DNA of 64,000 nucleotides from Eubacteriales bacterium. Its GTDB lineage: Bacteria; Bacillota; Clostridia; Oscillospirales; CAG-272. The notes below the pieces were generated by a model, which searched no databases, had not been told where the DNA came from, and worked only from the letters and a program-made list of their open reading frames with translations. The DNA lies in assembly GCA_045543555.1 (NCBI GenBank), contig JAZQMQ010000020.1:2911-66910 (forward strand), in the 5' to 3' direction. This document shows, in pieces, positions 17,834 to 27,365 of this stretch. Every line of letters begins with the position of its first letter. Position 1 is the first letter of the stretch. The position numbers were made by a program, and so were the translations under genes.

Positions 17834-18508
17834 TTATTTCTCAAAATCTCTGTTGTTATACATTTCCTTAAGCTCCTCAGCGGTCTTGCTCATAATATCG
17901 CGAAGAGCCTCCTCGGTTGCACCGTTTTCGATTTCAGCAACTCTCTCGAGGAGGTGCTGAGTTTCGGGAGCGAGATACTTACCGGTGAGACGGCGGGACA
18001 GAAGTCCTACCTGACCGTGAGTGATACCCGCAGGGCATCTGGAGGAGCAAACACCGCACATTACGCAGTCAAAGGACTCCTCTGCGCACTTTTCGTACTC
18101 GCCTCTCTGAGCGTAAGCAATGTACTGCATAACGTTAAGACCCTGAGTACAAGCCTTGGTGCAGGCGTTACAGCCTACGCAAGCGTAAATTTCGGGGTAA
18201 AGCTGCATCATTATCTGTTCGGTGGGCTTTACCTTCTCGATATCGTAGGGCTGCTTAATAAGGGGGAAGAAAGGAAGGGTCGCAATGTACATATTGTCTT
18301 CAACCTTTGTCTGACATGCAAGACATGTCTTCAGCTCTCGTTCACCCTTTATACGATAAATGGTCGCACAAGCACCGCAGAAGCCACAACGGCATCCTAC
18401 TCCGCGTACGAGCTGATAGCCCGCATACTCCATTGCTCCCATAATTGTAAGATTAGACGGCACCTCGTACTTTTTGCCGTAAAGATATATGTTTACCATA
18501 TTTTCCAT
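17834..18508 (-). CDS. FrdB/SdhB-like iron-sulfur protein
   Basis: 224 aa. N-terminal CRCGFCGAC...C (2Fe-2S-like), then CVGCNACTKAC and CVMCGVCSSRCP cluster motifs. Confidence 0.75.
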   Translation of the reverse strand: MENMVNIYLYGKKYEVPSNLTIMGAMEYAGYQLVRGVGCRCGFCGACATIYRIKGERELKTCLACQTKVEDNMYIATLPFFPLIKQPYDIEKVKPTEQIMMQLYPEIYACVGCNACTKACTQGLNVMQYIAYAQRGEYEKCAEESFDCVMCGVCSSRCPAGITHGQVGLLSRRLTGKYLAPETQHLLERVAEIENGATEEALRDIMSKTAEELKEMYNNRDFEK

Positions 18509-18522
18509 AGTATGTTACCTCA

Positions 18523-19347
18523 TCAATATTCATCAGGCAATGCGCCAAGCTTATCGTAACGGAATACCGGTCCGTCCTTGCAGACGTATTTGCTTCCAAT
18601 GTTACAGCGTCCACATTTACCGATACCGCACTTCATACGAAGCTCCATTGTAGTGTACACCTGCTCCTCAGTAAAGCCCAGCTCCTTCAGAGCCGCAAGC
18701 GTAAATTTGATCATAATGGGAGGACCGCAAACAAGTACGGTCTTGCTTATATCGGGCTCGAGCTCCTTTACGTAGTTGGGAACGAAGCCGACGTGTCCGT
18801 CCCAACCCTCCTGCTCACGGTCGATGGTAAGATGGACGTTAACGCCCGCCTCGGTCATCCACTCCTCAATTATTTCCTTGTAATCAACAAGGTCATCCTT
18901 GGAGCGTGAGCCGTAAACGATGTCTATGCTTCCGTAATTTTCTCTGTAGTGACGGCAGTAATTTATAACCGAGCGAAGAGGCGCAAGTCCGATTCCGCCC
19001 GCAATAAAGAGCAGGTCCTTGCCCTTGAGCTCCGTTTCAACGGGGAAGGAATTTCCGTAAGGGCCTCTGACGGTTACGTACTGACCTACCTCCATAGCGT
19101 GAAGCCACTCGGTAAGACATCCGCACTTCTTGATGCTGAATTCCATATACTCGGTATTCGTGGGAGATGAGGTTATGGAAAACATAGCCTCGCCCACACC
19201 GGGAATGGAAAGCATCGCACACTGACCGGGCATATGGTCAAAGGGCTTGACTCCGTCGGGAGTTACTACCCTGAAGGTCTTTACGTCGGGGGTATCGATA
19301 CGTATATCGGTTACTACTCCGACCACTGGGATAAGTGTTTCGTTCAT
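18523..19347 (-). CDS. flxA: FNR-like NAD(P)H:flavin oxidoreductase with C-terminal 2Fe-2S (FlxA / HydG / AsrB type)
   Basis: 274 aa. GGIGLAPL nucleotide-binding motif and CGIGKCGRC cluster motif. Confidence 0.75.
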   Translation of the reverse strand: MNETLIPVVGVVTDIRIDTPDVKTFRVVTPDGVKPFDHMPGQCAMLSIPGVGEAMFSITSSPTNTEYMEFSIKKCGCLTEWLHAMEVGQYVTVRGPYGNSFPVETELKGKDLLFIAGGIGLAPLRSVINYCRHYRENYGSIDIVYGSRSKDDLVDYKEIIEEWMTEAGVNVHLTIDREQEGWDGHVGFVPNYVKELEPDISKTVLVCGPPIMIKFTLAALKELGFTEEQVYTTMELRMKCGIGKCGRCNIGSKYVCKDGPVFRYDKLGALPDEY

Positions 19348-20372
19348 TACTTTTCCTCCTTAAAGGCCTTCATTACCTTGACGATATTCATGGAGATGGG
19401 GCACTTGCTCAGACATCTGCCGCAACCCACACAGCTGAAGATACCGTCGTTGTTTGCGGGATAGTAAACGAGCTTGTGCATAAATCTCTGCCTGAATCTT
19501 TCAAGCTGAGATACACGGGGATTTCCGTGCGCCATTTTGGTGAAATCGGAATACATGCAGGAATCCCAGCATCTGAATCTCTTGATGCCGCTTCCCGTGT
19601 CGAAATCCTTTATGTCATAGCACTGGCAGGTGGGACAAACGAATGTACAGGTACCGCAACCGATACAAGACTCCGAAAGACCTGCCCATTTGTCGGAATC
19701 AAAGTACTCCATCATCTTTTCGGGAGTAAAGCCGTCGGTGGTAAGGGACGCAAGCGGAAGCTCAGCCTTTGCGCTGTATATCCCGGTCTTGATGTCCCAT
19801 ACGGGCTCGTCATCGGATTCGGTAAGAGAGGTCCCGATGCTCTCGATGAGAGCCTTTCCCTTCTCTGTTACCGCCTCAAGATAAACCTCGTCTCCGTTTA
19901 CCCAAGCGGAAACGTCGCCCTCAGGCTCTGCACAGTTGATGCCGAAGGTCTGACAGAAGCAGGTCTCCCGCATCATATCGGGGTTACAAGCGACTGCAAT
20001 GGTGGTGCAATGCTCACGTCTGCTCTTGTAATAGGTATCGACGGGCTCGGACAAAAATACTCTGTCGAGAATTTCGAAGGACTTGACGTCGCAGGCACGG
20101 AGTCCGAATACCGTAAAATCCTCGGTCTCGCTTCTTACGTCGATAATTTCGATCTTCTTGCCCTCACGCTTGAAATCAACAAGATTTTCGGTCTGGGGGA
20201 AGAAGAAATCCTTAGGAGTTCTGACCTTGTCGCATTTTTCGTTTGCGTCAGCCTTCCACTCCTTGAAGGGCTTATGGGTGTCGCTTACGTCGGCACCGTC
20301 GGGATCGGGCACATAGAGACGCTGAAGCGAAGCGATAGCGGAGAAAAGCTCGTTTAAAGTTGTTTTAAGCAT
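19347..20372 (-). CDS. flxB: 4Fe-4S dicluster protein (FlxB / HydB / AsrA type)
   Basis: Start taken at ATG 20372 (MLKTTLNELF), preceded by GAGGAGG. CIGCGTCTFVCPTCQC and CVGCGRCLSKCP motifs. TAATG overlap with flxA. Confidence 0.7.
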   Translation of the reverse strand: MLKTTLNELFSAIASLQRLYVPDPDGADVSDTHKPFKEWKADANEKCDKVRTPKDFFFPQTENLVDFKREGKKIEIIDVRSETEDFTVFGLRACDVKSFEILDRVFLSEPVDTYYKSRREHCTTIAVACNPDMMRETCFCQTFGINCAEPEGDVSAWVNGDEVYLEAVTEKGKALIESIGTSLTESDDEPVWDIKTGIYSAKAELPLASLTTDGFTPEKMMEYFDSDKWAGLSESCIGCGTCTFVCPTCQCYDIKDFDTGSGIKRFRCWDSCMYSDFTKMAHGNPRVSQLERFRQRFMHKLVYYPANNDGIFSCVGCGRCLSKCPISMNIVKVMKAFKEEK

Positions 20373-21354
20373 TTTCCTTTCCTCCTCTTTCGTGAACGAT
20401 ACTCGGCTCGGCGTCGCCGTAGGTGTAGTTGGTAAGGGGAGAACGGCTCTCCATATCCTCACCCGCCTGATACTCGCCGTAAAGCTCGTTTATATCCTTG
20501 ATAAACTTACGGTTGAGCAGGTGAAGGGGAATGTGCTGAGGACATACTCTGCTGCACTCACCGCAGTCGGTACAGCGTCCCGCTACGTGGAACGCTCTTA
20601 TGATATGGAACATATTTTCCTCAAAGGAGGTAGCCGCCGCCTTCTGTGCCACACCCGATGCATCGTTGTCGAATACACATTTTTCGCAGGTGCAGGCGGG
20701 ACAAGCGTTACGGCAGGCGTTACATCTGATGCAACGGGAAAGCTCACCTCTCCAGAATTCGTATCTTTCCTCGGGAGTCATATTTTCGAGGGCGGCAACC
20801 TGATCAAAGCGGTCACAGTCGTCCACCTTATCTCCCTCCTCGCAGAGAAGCTCGTCGCATATGGGATGCTTCTTGCTCTTGCAGGATGCACATTTTTCAA
20901 GAAGTGCCTCGTAAATGGGAAGCTCCCTTGCAGTATCACCAAGACCGTAAACGGTAAGCACACCGTCACGCTCGGTAACGTTTTTAATGGTCGCAACGCC
21001 GCTCTTGGCTCTGACGGCATCAATATCCGCCTTGCCGAAGCACTCGATACCGATAGCGTATACGTTTTCTCTTATAATTCTGTGCTCCTTGAGAAGCTGT
21101 GCGAAGCTGTAGCTGTCGCAGGGCTTGAGGAATACCAGCACCTTTCCTTCTTTTCTGCTCTCTTTTACGAGATACTTGGAAAGGTTTGCTCCGCAGAAAG
21201 CGGAATAGACGAAATCCGCCTCAATTTCCTCCTTGGTCTCAAACACCGCGGGGGTAATATCGTAAACAAAATCGCCCTTTTTCCAACCGAGCACACGGCT
21301 TACCGCACCGCTTGAAAGAAGCTCGATCGCCTTATTTTTCATCATTTCTTGCAT
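20365..21354 (-). CDS. flxC: iron-sulfur protein (FlxC-type)
   Basis: 329 aa. CIRCNACRNACPACTC and CTDCGECSRVCP motifs. Overlaps both neighbours. Confidence 0.65.
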   Translation of the reverse strand: MQEMMKNKAIELLSSGAVSRVLGWKKGDFVYDITPAVFETKEEIEADFVYSAFCGANLSKYLVKESRKEGKVLVFLKPCDSYSFAQLLKEHRIIRENVYAIGIECFGKADIDAVRAKSGVATIKNVTERDGVLTVYGLGDTARELPIYEALLEKCASCKSKKHPICDELLCEEGDKVDDCDRFDQVAALENMTPEERYEFWRGELSRCIRCNACRNACPACTCEKCVFDNDASGVAQKAAATSFEENMFHIIRAFHVAGRCTDCGECSRVCPQHIPLHLLNRKFIKDINELYGEYQAGEDMESRSPLTNYTYGDAEPSIVHERGGKENA

Positions 21355-21779
21355 CGGAGGTCCTCCAATCTGCGATTCTCACCGAGGTCGGTGACTGTCT
21401 TTACGAAGCTGTTCATGGTTTCCGCAAACTTCTGACCCTCAGCGGCAGATACCCATTCAACTCTCGTTCTGTCTCTTTCGATACCGAGGTAGTCGAGCAT
21501 CGAGAACAGAAGGGTCATACGGCGCCTTGCATAGTAGTTACCCGTAGTATAGTGACAGTCGCCGGGGTGACAACCGCAAATTATAACGCCGTCCGCACCT
21601 CTCTGGAAGGCACGGAGGATGAACATGGGATTTACTCTGCATGAACAGGGCACTCTGATTATCTTAACGTCGGCAGGATACTGAAGACGGTTGGTTCCCG
21701 CAAGGTCAGCGCCCGCGTAAGAGCACCAGTTACAGCAGAAGGCTACTATTTTGGGCTTGAATTCATTATTTACTTGCAT
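21342..21779 (-). CDS. flxD: MvhD-family (methyl-viologen-reducing hydrogenase delta subunit-like) protein, FlxD
   Basis: 145 aa. KIVAFCCNWCSY...VPCSCRV...GVIICGCHPGDCHY is the MvhD signature. Confidence 0.85.
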   Translation of the reverse strand: MQVNNEFKPKIVAFCCNWCSYAGADLAGTNRLQYPADVKIIRVPCSCRVNPMFILRAFQRGADGVIICGCHPGDCHYTTGNYYARRRMTLLFSMLDYLGIERDRTRVEWVSAAEGQKFAETMNSFVKTVTDLGENRRLEDLRCKK

Positions 21780-23761
21780 ATTGCGTCAACCTCCGCCATT
21801 ATCTGTGCATTTGTGAAGCCCTTAAGGTCCATAGCGCCCGAAGGACAAGCAACGGTACAAGCACCGCAGCCCTGACATACCGCTTCGTTAACAGAAGCAA
21901 CTCTGCGAATGAGGGTGGTACGGTTGGGACCTCTGAATTCCTTATCGGAATAGGTGATTGCGCCGTAAGGACATACCTTTTCACAGGAGGAGCATCCGTT
22001 ACAGAGCATCTCGTCGGAATGAGCAACACAGGGGTTGCAGGTAAGCTTATTCTTATTAAGAAGACCGATAACCTTTGCCGCACAAGCGGAGGCCTGAGAA
22101 ACGGTCTCGGGAATATCCTTGGGGCCCTGACATACGCCCGAGAGGAAGATGCCCGCCGTAGGGCTCTCAACGGGACGGAGCTTGGGGTGTGCCTCGGTGA
22201 AGAAATCGTTTGTATCCATACTTGCGGTAAGCTTGGTAGCAAGAGGTCTTGCGGAGCTATCGGGCTCGATAGCGGTTGCGAGAACAACCATATCCGCGCT
22301 TATCTTCAGCTGCTTGCCCTCGATAAGATCGGATGCACGTACCGTGAGAGTACCGTCGGGCTCCGGAAGAACCTTTCCGACCATTCCTTTAACGTAATGA
22401 ACACCGTATTCCTCAACCGCACGGCGATAGAACTCGTCAAAATTCTTACCGGGCGTACGAACGTCGATATAGAACACGTACACCTCGGTGTCGGGATATT
22501 TTTCCCTTATGAGCATAGCGTGCTTTGCGGTGTACATACAGCATATCTTGGAGCAATAGCTCTTGCCCTTGTCGTCGGAGCATCTTGAGCCCACGCACTG
22601 TACGAACACGATGGTGTGCGGGTGGGTCTTATCGGAGGGACGGAGAAGCGTTCCGCCGTTAGGGCCTGCGGCGTTCATAAGACGCTCAAGCTCAAGGGAG
22701 GTAACTACGTCCTTGCTCTGATTGTATGCAAACTCATCGTACTTGTCGAGCTTGATGGGATTGAAGCCGGTTGCAACGACGATGGCACCGTACTGCTCGT
22801 TTATATAGCTGTCTGTCTGCTTGTAATCGATAGCGCCAACCGTACAAACCTTTGCGCAAAGGCCGCACTTACCGCTTTTCAGCATAGTGCAATAATCTGC
22901 ATCGATGGTTGCAACCTTCGGTACTGCCTGAGCGAAGGGTATATATACTGCGCGACGGTTATCAAGACCGAGATTGAAGGCATTCGGAACCTTCTTCTGA
23001 GGACATTTTTCTGTACAAAGACCGCAGCCCGTACACTTATTTTCGTCAACGTATCTCGCCTTGCGCTTGATGGTAACGTTGAAATTACCGACGAAGCCCT
23101 TTACGTCCTCGACCTCGGAATAGGAAAGAATCCTTATCTTTTCATGTTGAGCACAATCGACCATTTTAGGCGTAAGGATACAAGCGGCACAGTCGAGGGT
23201 CGGGAATGTCTTGTCTATCTGCGCCATCTTTCCTCCGATGGTCGCCTCCTTCTCGACTATGTCGACCTCAAAGCCCGCATCGGCAATATCAAGTGCGGTC
23301 TGGATTCCCGCAATACCGCCTCCGATAACGAGGGCACGCTTGACAACGGGGCTCTCGCCTGCGGTGAGGGGTGCGTTAAGATGTACCTTTGCTATAGCTG
23401 CACGTCCGAGGATAATTGCCTTTTCGGTCGCCTCCTCGACGTTCTTATGTATCCACGATACCTGCTCTCTGATGTTTGCTATCTCGACCATATAGGGATT
23501 AAGTCCCGCCGCCGTCGCAGTTTTGCGGAAGGTGGCCTCGTGCATACGGGGTGAGCAGGAGCATACAACCACTCCCGTAAGAGCGTTATCCTTTATTGCG
23601 TCCTTAATGAGATTCTGTCCTGCCTCAGAGCACATATACTGATATTCGGTGGAGATAACTACACCGGGCTCGTGCGAAAGAGCCTCCGCTACCGCCTTAA
23701 CGTCCACGGTCGCAGCAATATTCGTACCGCAATGGCAGACAAATACTCCAATTCTCTGCAT
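21770..23761 (-). CDS. hdrA: heterodisulfide reductase subunit A-like flavoprotein
   Basis: 663 aa. N-terminus MQRIGVFVCHCGTNIA, FAD motif ALVIGGGIAGIQTALDIA, several 4Fe-4S motifs (CTGCGLCTEKCP, CNGCSSCEKVCP, CQGCGACTVACP). Confidence 0.9.
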   Translation of the reverse strand: MQRIGVFVCHCGTNIAATVDVKAVAEALSHEPGVVISTEYQYMCSEAGQNLIKDAIKDNALTGVVVCSCSPRMHEATFRKTATAAGLNPYMVEIANIREQVSWIHKNVEEATEKAIILGRAAIAKVHLNAPLTAGESPVVKRALVIGGGIAGIQTALDIADAGFEVDIVEKEATIGGKMAQIDKTFPTLDCAACILTPKMVDCAQHEKIRILSYSEVEDVKGFVGNFNVTIKRKARYVDENKCTGCGLCTEKCPQKKVPNAFNLGLDNRRAVYIPFAQAVPKVATIDADYCTMLKSGKCGLCAKVCTVGAIDYKQTDSYINEQYGAIVVATGFNPIKLDKYDEFAYNQSKDVVTSLELERLMNAAGPNGGTLLRPSDKTHPHTIVFVQCVGSRCSDDKGKSYCSKICCMYTAKHAMLIREKYPDTEVYVFYIDVRTPGKNFDEFYRRAVEEYGVHYVKGMVGKVLPEPDGTLTVRASDLIEGKQLKISADMVVLATAIEPDSSARPLATKLTASMDTNDFFTEAHPKLRPVESPTAGIFLSGVCQGPKDIPETVSQASACAAKVIGLLNKNKLTCNPCVAHSDEMLCNGCSSCEKVCPYGAITYSDKEFRGPNRTTLIRRVASVNEAVCQGCGACTVACPSGAMDLKGFTNAQIMAEVDAICK

Positions 23762-23781
23762 TTTTCTTGTCCTTTCGGGAA

Positions 23782-24159
23782 TTATTTTGTATATTTACGG
23801 AAAGCCGTTACGATAGCCTGCTGAGGCATATCGGGATCGAGAAGCTCGGGGATATCGTCAGGGGTAAGACGGTTACATCCCTGAGGACGGATGGCCATAA
23901 GCCTTACCGCCTCGATAAGCTTTGCGGGCTCGACACCTCTGGGGCATCGCTCTACACAAGCAAAGCAGGTGAGACATTTGTATACCGATTCCGAGTTCAG
24001 CAGGGCGTCAATATCGCCGTTTTCGACCATATATACGAACTGATGGGGATGATACTCCATCTCGCCGTAGGAGGGGCAGGTGCCGGAGCACTTACCGCAT
24101 TTCATACATTTTCTCGGGTTTACACCGCTTACTCGGATTATTTCTTCCTTCTTGTTCAT
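23782..24159 (-). CDS. hdrC: heterodisulfide reductase subunit C-like 4Fe-4S protein
   Basis: 125 aa. CMKCGKCSGTCP and CLTCFACVERCP. Confidence 0.8.
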   Translation of the reverse strand: MNKKEEIIRVSGVNPRKCMKCGKCSGTCPSYGEMEYHPHQFVYMVENGDIDALLNSESVYKCLTCFACVERCPRGVEPAKLIEAVRLMAIRPQGCNRLTPDDIPELLDPDMPQQAIVTAFRKYTK

Positions 24160-24950
24160 TTGGCGACATCCTCCTTAACTCCGAGAGCCTCCGCAAGAAG
24201 CTCGGTGAAGTACTTTATCTCCGCTCCGCCATCTCTGCACTGCTCGAGATTGTAAAGGCAGAGGGGACAAGCGGTGATAACAAGGTCTGCACCGAAGCCA
24301 TTTGCGCTGTTAAGCACGTCGGCGCTCTTTGAGAGTGCGGATGCCTTATCCTCTAGGGCAACGTAGCCACCGCAGCACTCGTTACGGTAGGGGTAGATAA
24401 CGGGCTCACCGCCGATGGCACGGATAAGGTCCTCAATTATCTTGGGGTCCTCAACATCGTCCATCGCCATGACCTTTCCGGGACGGAGAAGGAGACAGCC
24501 GTAGTATGCGGCGATCTTCTTGCCCGTAAAGGGGTTTACCACCTTTTCCTTAATCTTATCAAAGCCCACTCTGTCACGGAGAAGCTCAAGGAAATGAATA
24601 ACCTGAGTCTTACCCTCGTACTCACCCTCGGGCTTTTCATACATACGGACCTTCAGCTTGAAGTTTTCATCGTTCAAAAGATCGTTTCTCACTCTCTTCA
24701 GCACGTTGTGACAGGCGGAGCAAAGGGTCACAAGGTCTTCACCTCTCTTTTCCGCCGCATAAAGTGCTCTCACGGAGGAAAGCTTGTTTGCTATCTCGTT
24801 ACTTGCGGCATTATACGTACCTCCGCAGCACTGCCAGGTGTCAAGCTCGTTCAAGCCTACACCGAGGACCTCTGCTACGGCTCTTGCATATCTGTCAAGC
24901 TCCTTAGCCTTGGTCTTTAAGGTACAGCCGGGATAATAACTGTAAGTCAT
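24156..24950 (-). CDS. hdrB: heterodisulfide reductase subunit B-like protein (two CCG domains)
   Basis: 264 aa. YYPGC...WQCCGG...CSAC and YYGC...NECCGG...CPLC. Confidence 0.85.
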   Translation of the reverse strand: MTYSYYPGCTLKTKAKELDRYARAVAEVLGVGLNELDTWQCCGGTYNAASNEIANKLSSVRALYAAEKRGEDLVTLCSACHNVLKRVRNDLLNDENFKLKVRMYEKPEGEYEGKTQVIHFLELLRDRVGFDKIKEKVVNPFTGKKIAAYYGCLLLRPGKVMAMDDVEDPKIIEDLIRAIGGEPVIYPYRNECCGGYVALEDKASALSKSADVLNSANGFGADLVITACPLCLYNLEQCRDGGAEIKYFTELLAEALGVKEDVAK

Positions 24951-24968
24951 AACTTCATCCTTTCAGGT

Positions 24969-26345
24969 TTATACCATCTGCTCGGGGTGGAAGACCTCGT
25001 CGAAGCGCTCCTCGGTCAAAAATCCGAGAGCAACGCAGGCCTCTTTAAGCGAAATATTGTCCTTATACGCCTTCTTTGCGGTCTTTGCCGCATTTTCGTA
25101 GCCGATGTAGGGGTTAAGGGCGGTCACGAGCATAAGGGAATTCTTGAGATTGTGATCCATCTTCTCACGGTTTGCCTTAATGCCCACCGCACAGTTATTG
25201 TTGAAGGAAACTATGCTGTCCGCAAGGAGACGTACCGACTGAAGGAAATTATAAATACATACGGGCATGAACACGTTAAGCTCAAAGTTGCCCTGAGAAG
25301 CCGCCATGCCGACCGCAACGTCGTTACCCATTACCTGAACCGCAACCATCGTAACCGCCTCGCACTGAGTGGGGTTTACCTTACCGGGCATAATGGAGGA
25401 GCCGGGCTCGTTTTCGGGAATGAATATCTCACCGAGGCCGTCACGGGGACCCGAAGCAAGCCATCTTACGTCGTTTGCGATCTTCATCATATCGCAGGCA
25501 AGAGCCTTAAGTGCTCCGTGTGCAAAAACAAGCTCGTCCTTGGAGGTGAGAGCGTGAAATTTATTGCCTGCGGTAACGAAAGCCTTACCGGTTATCTCGG
25601 ATACCGCCTCTGCGACCGCAGTATCGAAGCCCTTGGGAGCGTTAAGACCCGTACCGACGGCAGTGCCGCCGAGAGCAAGCTCGTGAAGGGGCTTGAGGGA
25701 CATAGCTATAAGCTCTCTGTCTCTTTCAAGCGAGCTTCTCCAACCGCTGATCTCCTGAGAGAACTTTATGGGGGTTGCATCCTGAAGATGAGTACGTCCG
25801 CACTTTACGGCGTCCTCGTTTTCGCTTTCAAGACGCTTGAAGGTGTCGATAAGCAGGTCAACTGCGGGAAGAAGCTTATCCTCTATTCCGATCACCGCCG
25901 CAATGTGCATTGCGGTGGGGAAGGTATCGTTTGATGACTGAGACATATTGATGTCGTCGTTGGGGTGGAGAAGCTTTTTGCCCGCAAGCTCGTTGCCTCT
26001 GTTGGCGATGACCTCGTTTGCGTTCATGTTGGACTGAGTGCCGCTTCCCGTCTGCCATACGACGAGGGGGAAATGATCGTTTAACTGACCCGAAATGACC
26101 TCGTCACATGCTGAGCAGATAGCACGAAGCTTTTCCTCGGTCATCTTCTCGGGGCGAAGGGTGGAGTTTGCCATTGCCGCCGCCTTTTTGAGAACACCGA
26201 AGGCGTGAGTGATCTCACGGGGCATTATCTCGTTGCCTACGCCTATGCGGAAGTTTTCTGAGCTTCTCTGTGTCTGAGCCGCCCAATATTTATCTGCGGG
26301 GACTTTTACCTCGCCCATCGAATCGTGTTCAATACGAAATTCCAT
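24969..26345 (-). CDS. fumC: class II fumarate hydratase
   Basis: 458 aa. GSSIMPGKVNPTQCEA signature. Confidence 0.95.
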   Translation of the reverse strand: MEFRIEHDSMGEVKVPADKYWAAQTQRSSENFRIGVGNEIMPREITHAFGVLKKAAAMANSTLRPEKMTEEKLRAICSACDEVISGQLNDHFPLVVWQTGSGTQSNMNANEVIANRGNELAGKKLLHPNDDINMSQSSNDTFPTAMHIAAVIGIEDKLLPAVDLLIDTFKRLESENEDAVKCGRTHLQDATPIKFSQEISGWRSSLERDRELIAMSLKPLHELALGGTAVGTGLNAPKGFDTAVAEAVSEITGKAFVTAGNKFHALTSKDELVFAHGALKALACDMMKIANDVRWLASGPRDGLGEIFIPENEPGSSIMPGKVNPTQCEAVTMVAVQVMGNDVAVGMAASQGNFELNVFMPVCIYNFLQSVRLLADSIVSFNNNCAVGIKANREKMDHNLKNSLMLVTALNPYIGYENAAKTAKKAYKDNISLKEACVALGFLTEERFDEVFHPEQMV

Positions 26346-26357
26346 CTTGCCTCTCCT

Positions 26358-27302
26358 TCATATGTTGAGCTGATTTATTACTTCTTTGAGCTTGTCTGCG
26401 CTGTAACGGAGCTTCGCGATCTCCTCTTCCGTCAAGGGAGAGATGATCTTTCCGTTTACTCCGCCCTTTCCAACAATGGAAAGAATGCTGAGACAAACGT
26501 CGCTGATGCCGTATTCACCGTTCATCATAGTGGACACCGAAAGTGCAGTATCGATGCCTCTGAAGATGCTGGAGCAAATATTGTTAACCGTGAGAGCTAT
26601 AGCGTAGTAGGTAGCTCCCTTTGCGGTGATAATTGTTGAACCGGACTTTCTTACGTACTCCTCGATCTCATCGCGGTTAAAGCCGCAACCGTCGATCTGA
26701 AGGCCCTTGGACTGAGCGTAAGCGTCGATAGGTGTGCCCGATATGGTTGCGATAGACCACGGCACGAAGGAAGTATCACCGTGCTCACCGAAAACGTTTG
26801 CATGAACGTTCTGCATACTAATGCTGAAGTTTTCAGCAAGACGAGAACGAAGACGTGCTGTATCAAGGAGCGCACCACTTCCGATTATCTGCTTTTCGGG
26901 AAGACCCGAGCACTTACAGAAAACATACGTAAGTATATCAACGGGGTTACTTACGACGATATACACCGCGTTGGGAGCAACACTCGTTATTTTCGGAATG
27001 ATGCTCTTGGTGATGTTGACGTTTGTCTGTGCAAGGTCAAGCCGGGACTGTCCCGGACGTCTTGCGATACCGGAGGTAAGCACCACGATATCAGAATCTC
27101 TTGCATCCTCGTAGTCACCTGCGTGAATGTTGATGGGCGAAATAAACGGCGCGCCCTGTCTGATATCCATTGCTTCACCAAACGCCTTCTGCTCGTTGAT
27201 ATCGATAAGAACCACCTCTGCAGCATTACCGCTGACCGCAAGAGTAAACGCGATAGTCGCACCTACAGATCCGGCTCCTATGATAGACACTTTTCTTCCC
27301 AT
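26358..27302 (-). CDS. mdh: LDH-family 2-hydroxyacid dehydrogenase with Arg at the Q102 position (predicted malate dehydrogenase)
   Basis: 314 aa. VSIIGAGSVGAT. The specificity loop GIARRPGQSRLDL aligns as RRPGQSR against LDH QKPGETR and MDH RKPGMSR. Catalytic GEHGDT. Confidence 0.8.
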   Translation of the reverse strand: MGRKVSIIGAGSVGATIAFTLAVSGNAAEVVLIDINEQKAFGEAMDIRQGAPFISPINIHAGDYEDARDSDIVVLTSGIARRPGQSRLDLAQTNVNITKSIIPKITSVAPNAVYIVVSNPVDILTYVFCKCSGLPEKQIIGSGALLDTARLRSRLAENFSISMQNVHANVFGEHGDTSFVPWSIATISGTPIDAYAQSKGLQIDGCGFNRDEIEEYVRKSGSTIITAKGATYYAIALTVNNICSSIFRGIDTALSVSTMMNGEYGISDVCLSILSIVGKGGVNGKIISPLTEEEIAKLRYSADKLKEVINQLNI

Positions 27303-27365
27303 ATTTTTCTTATCCTTTCTTATCGGGGAAGGGGTTCCCCATACTACTCCATTTTACTGTCATAG

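Noticed and set aside
16299-17960. Very long antisense ORFs opposite strongly supported genes. The 553-aa ORF here is one. Others are at 19335-20357, 20392-21315, 22616-23554, 24987-25934, 8345-9235, 6737-7417, 57073-58068 and 62425-63120.
   Set aside because: Each is the mirror frame of a gene with unmistakable family motifs. Their translations are low-complexity (Cys/Val/Leu/Ser-rich), with no RBS or recognisable domain. Stop-poor antisense frames are expected from the strong C/G-ending codon bias of these genes.
21342-23761. Possible selenocysteine (in-frame TGA) in the HdrA/MvhD-like genes, as in some methanogens.
   Set aside because: Both ORFs are uninterrupted and full length, with Cys at the cluster positions. 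No in-frame TGA needs recoding.
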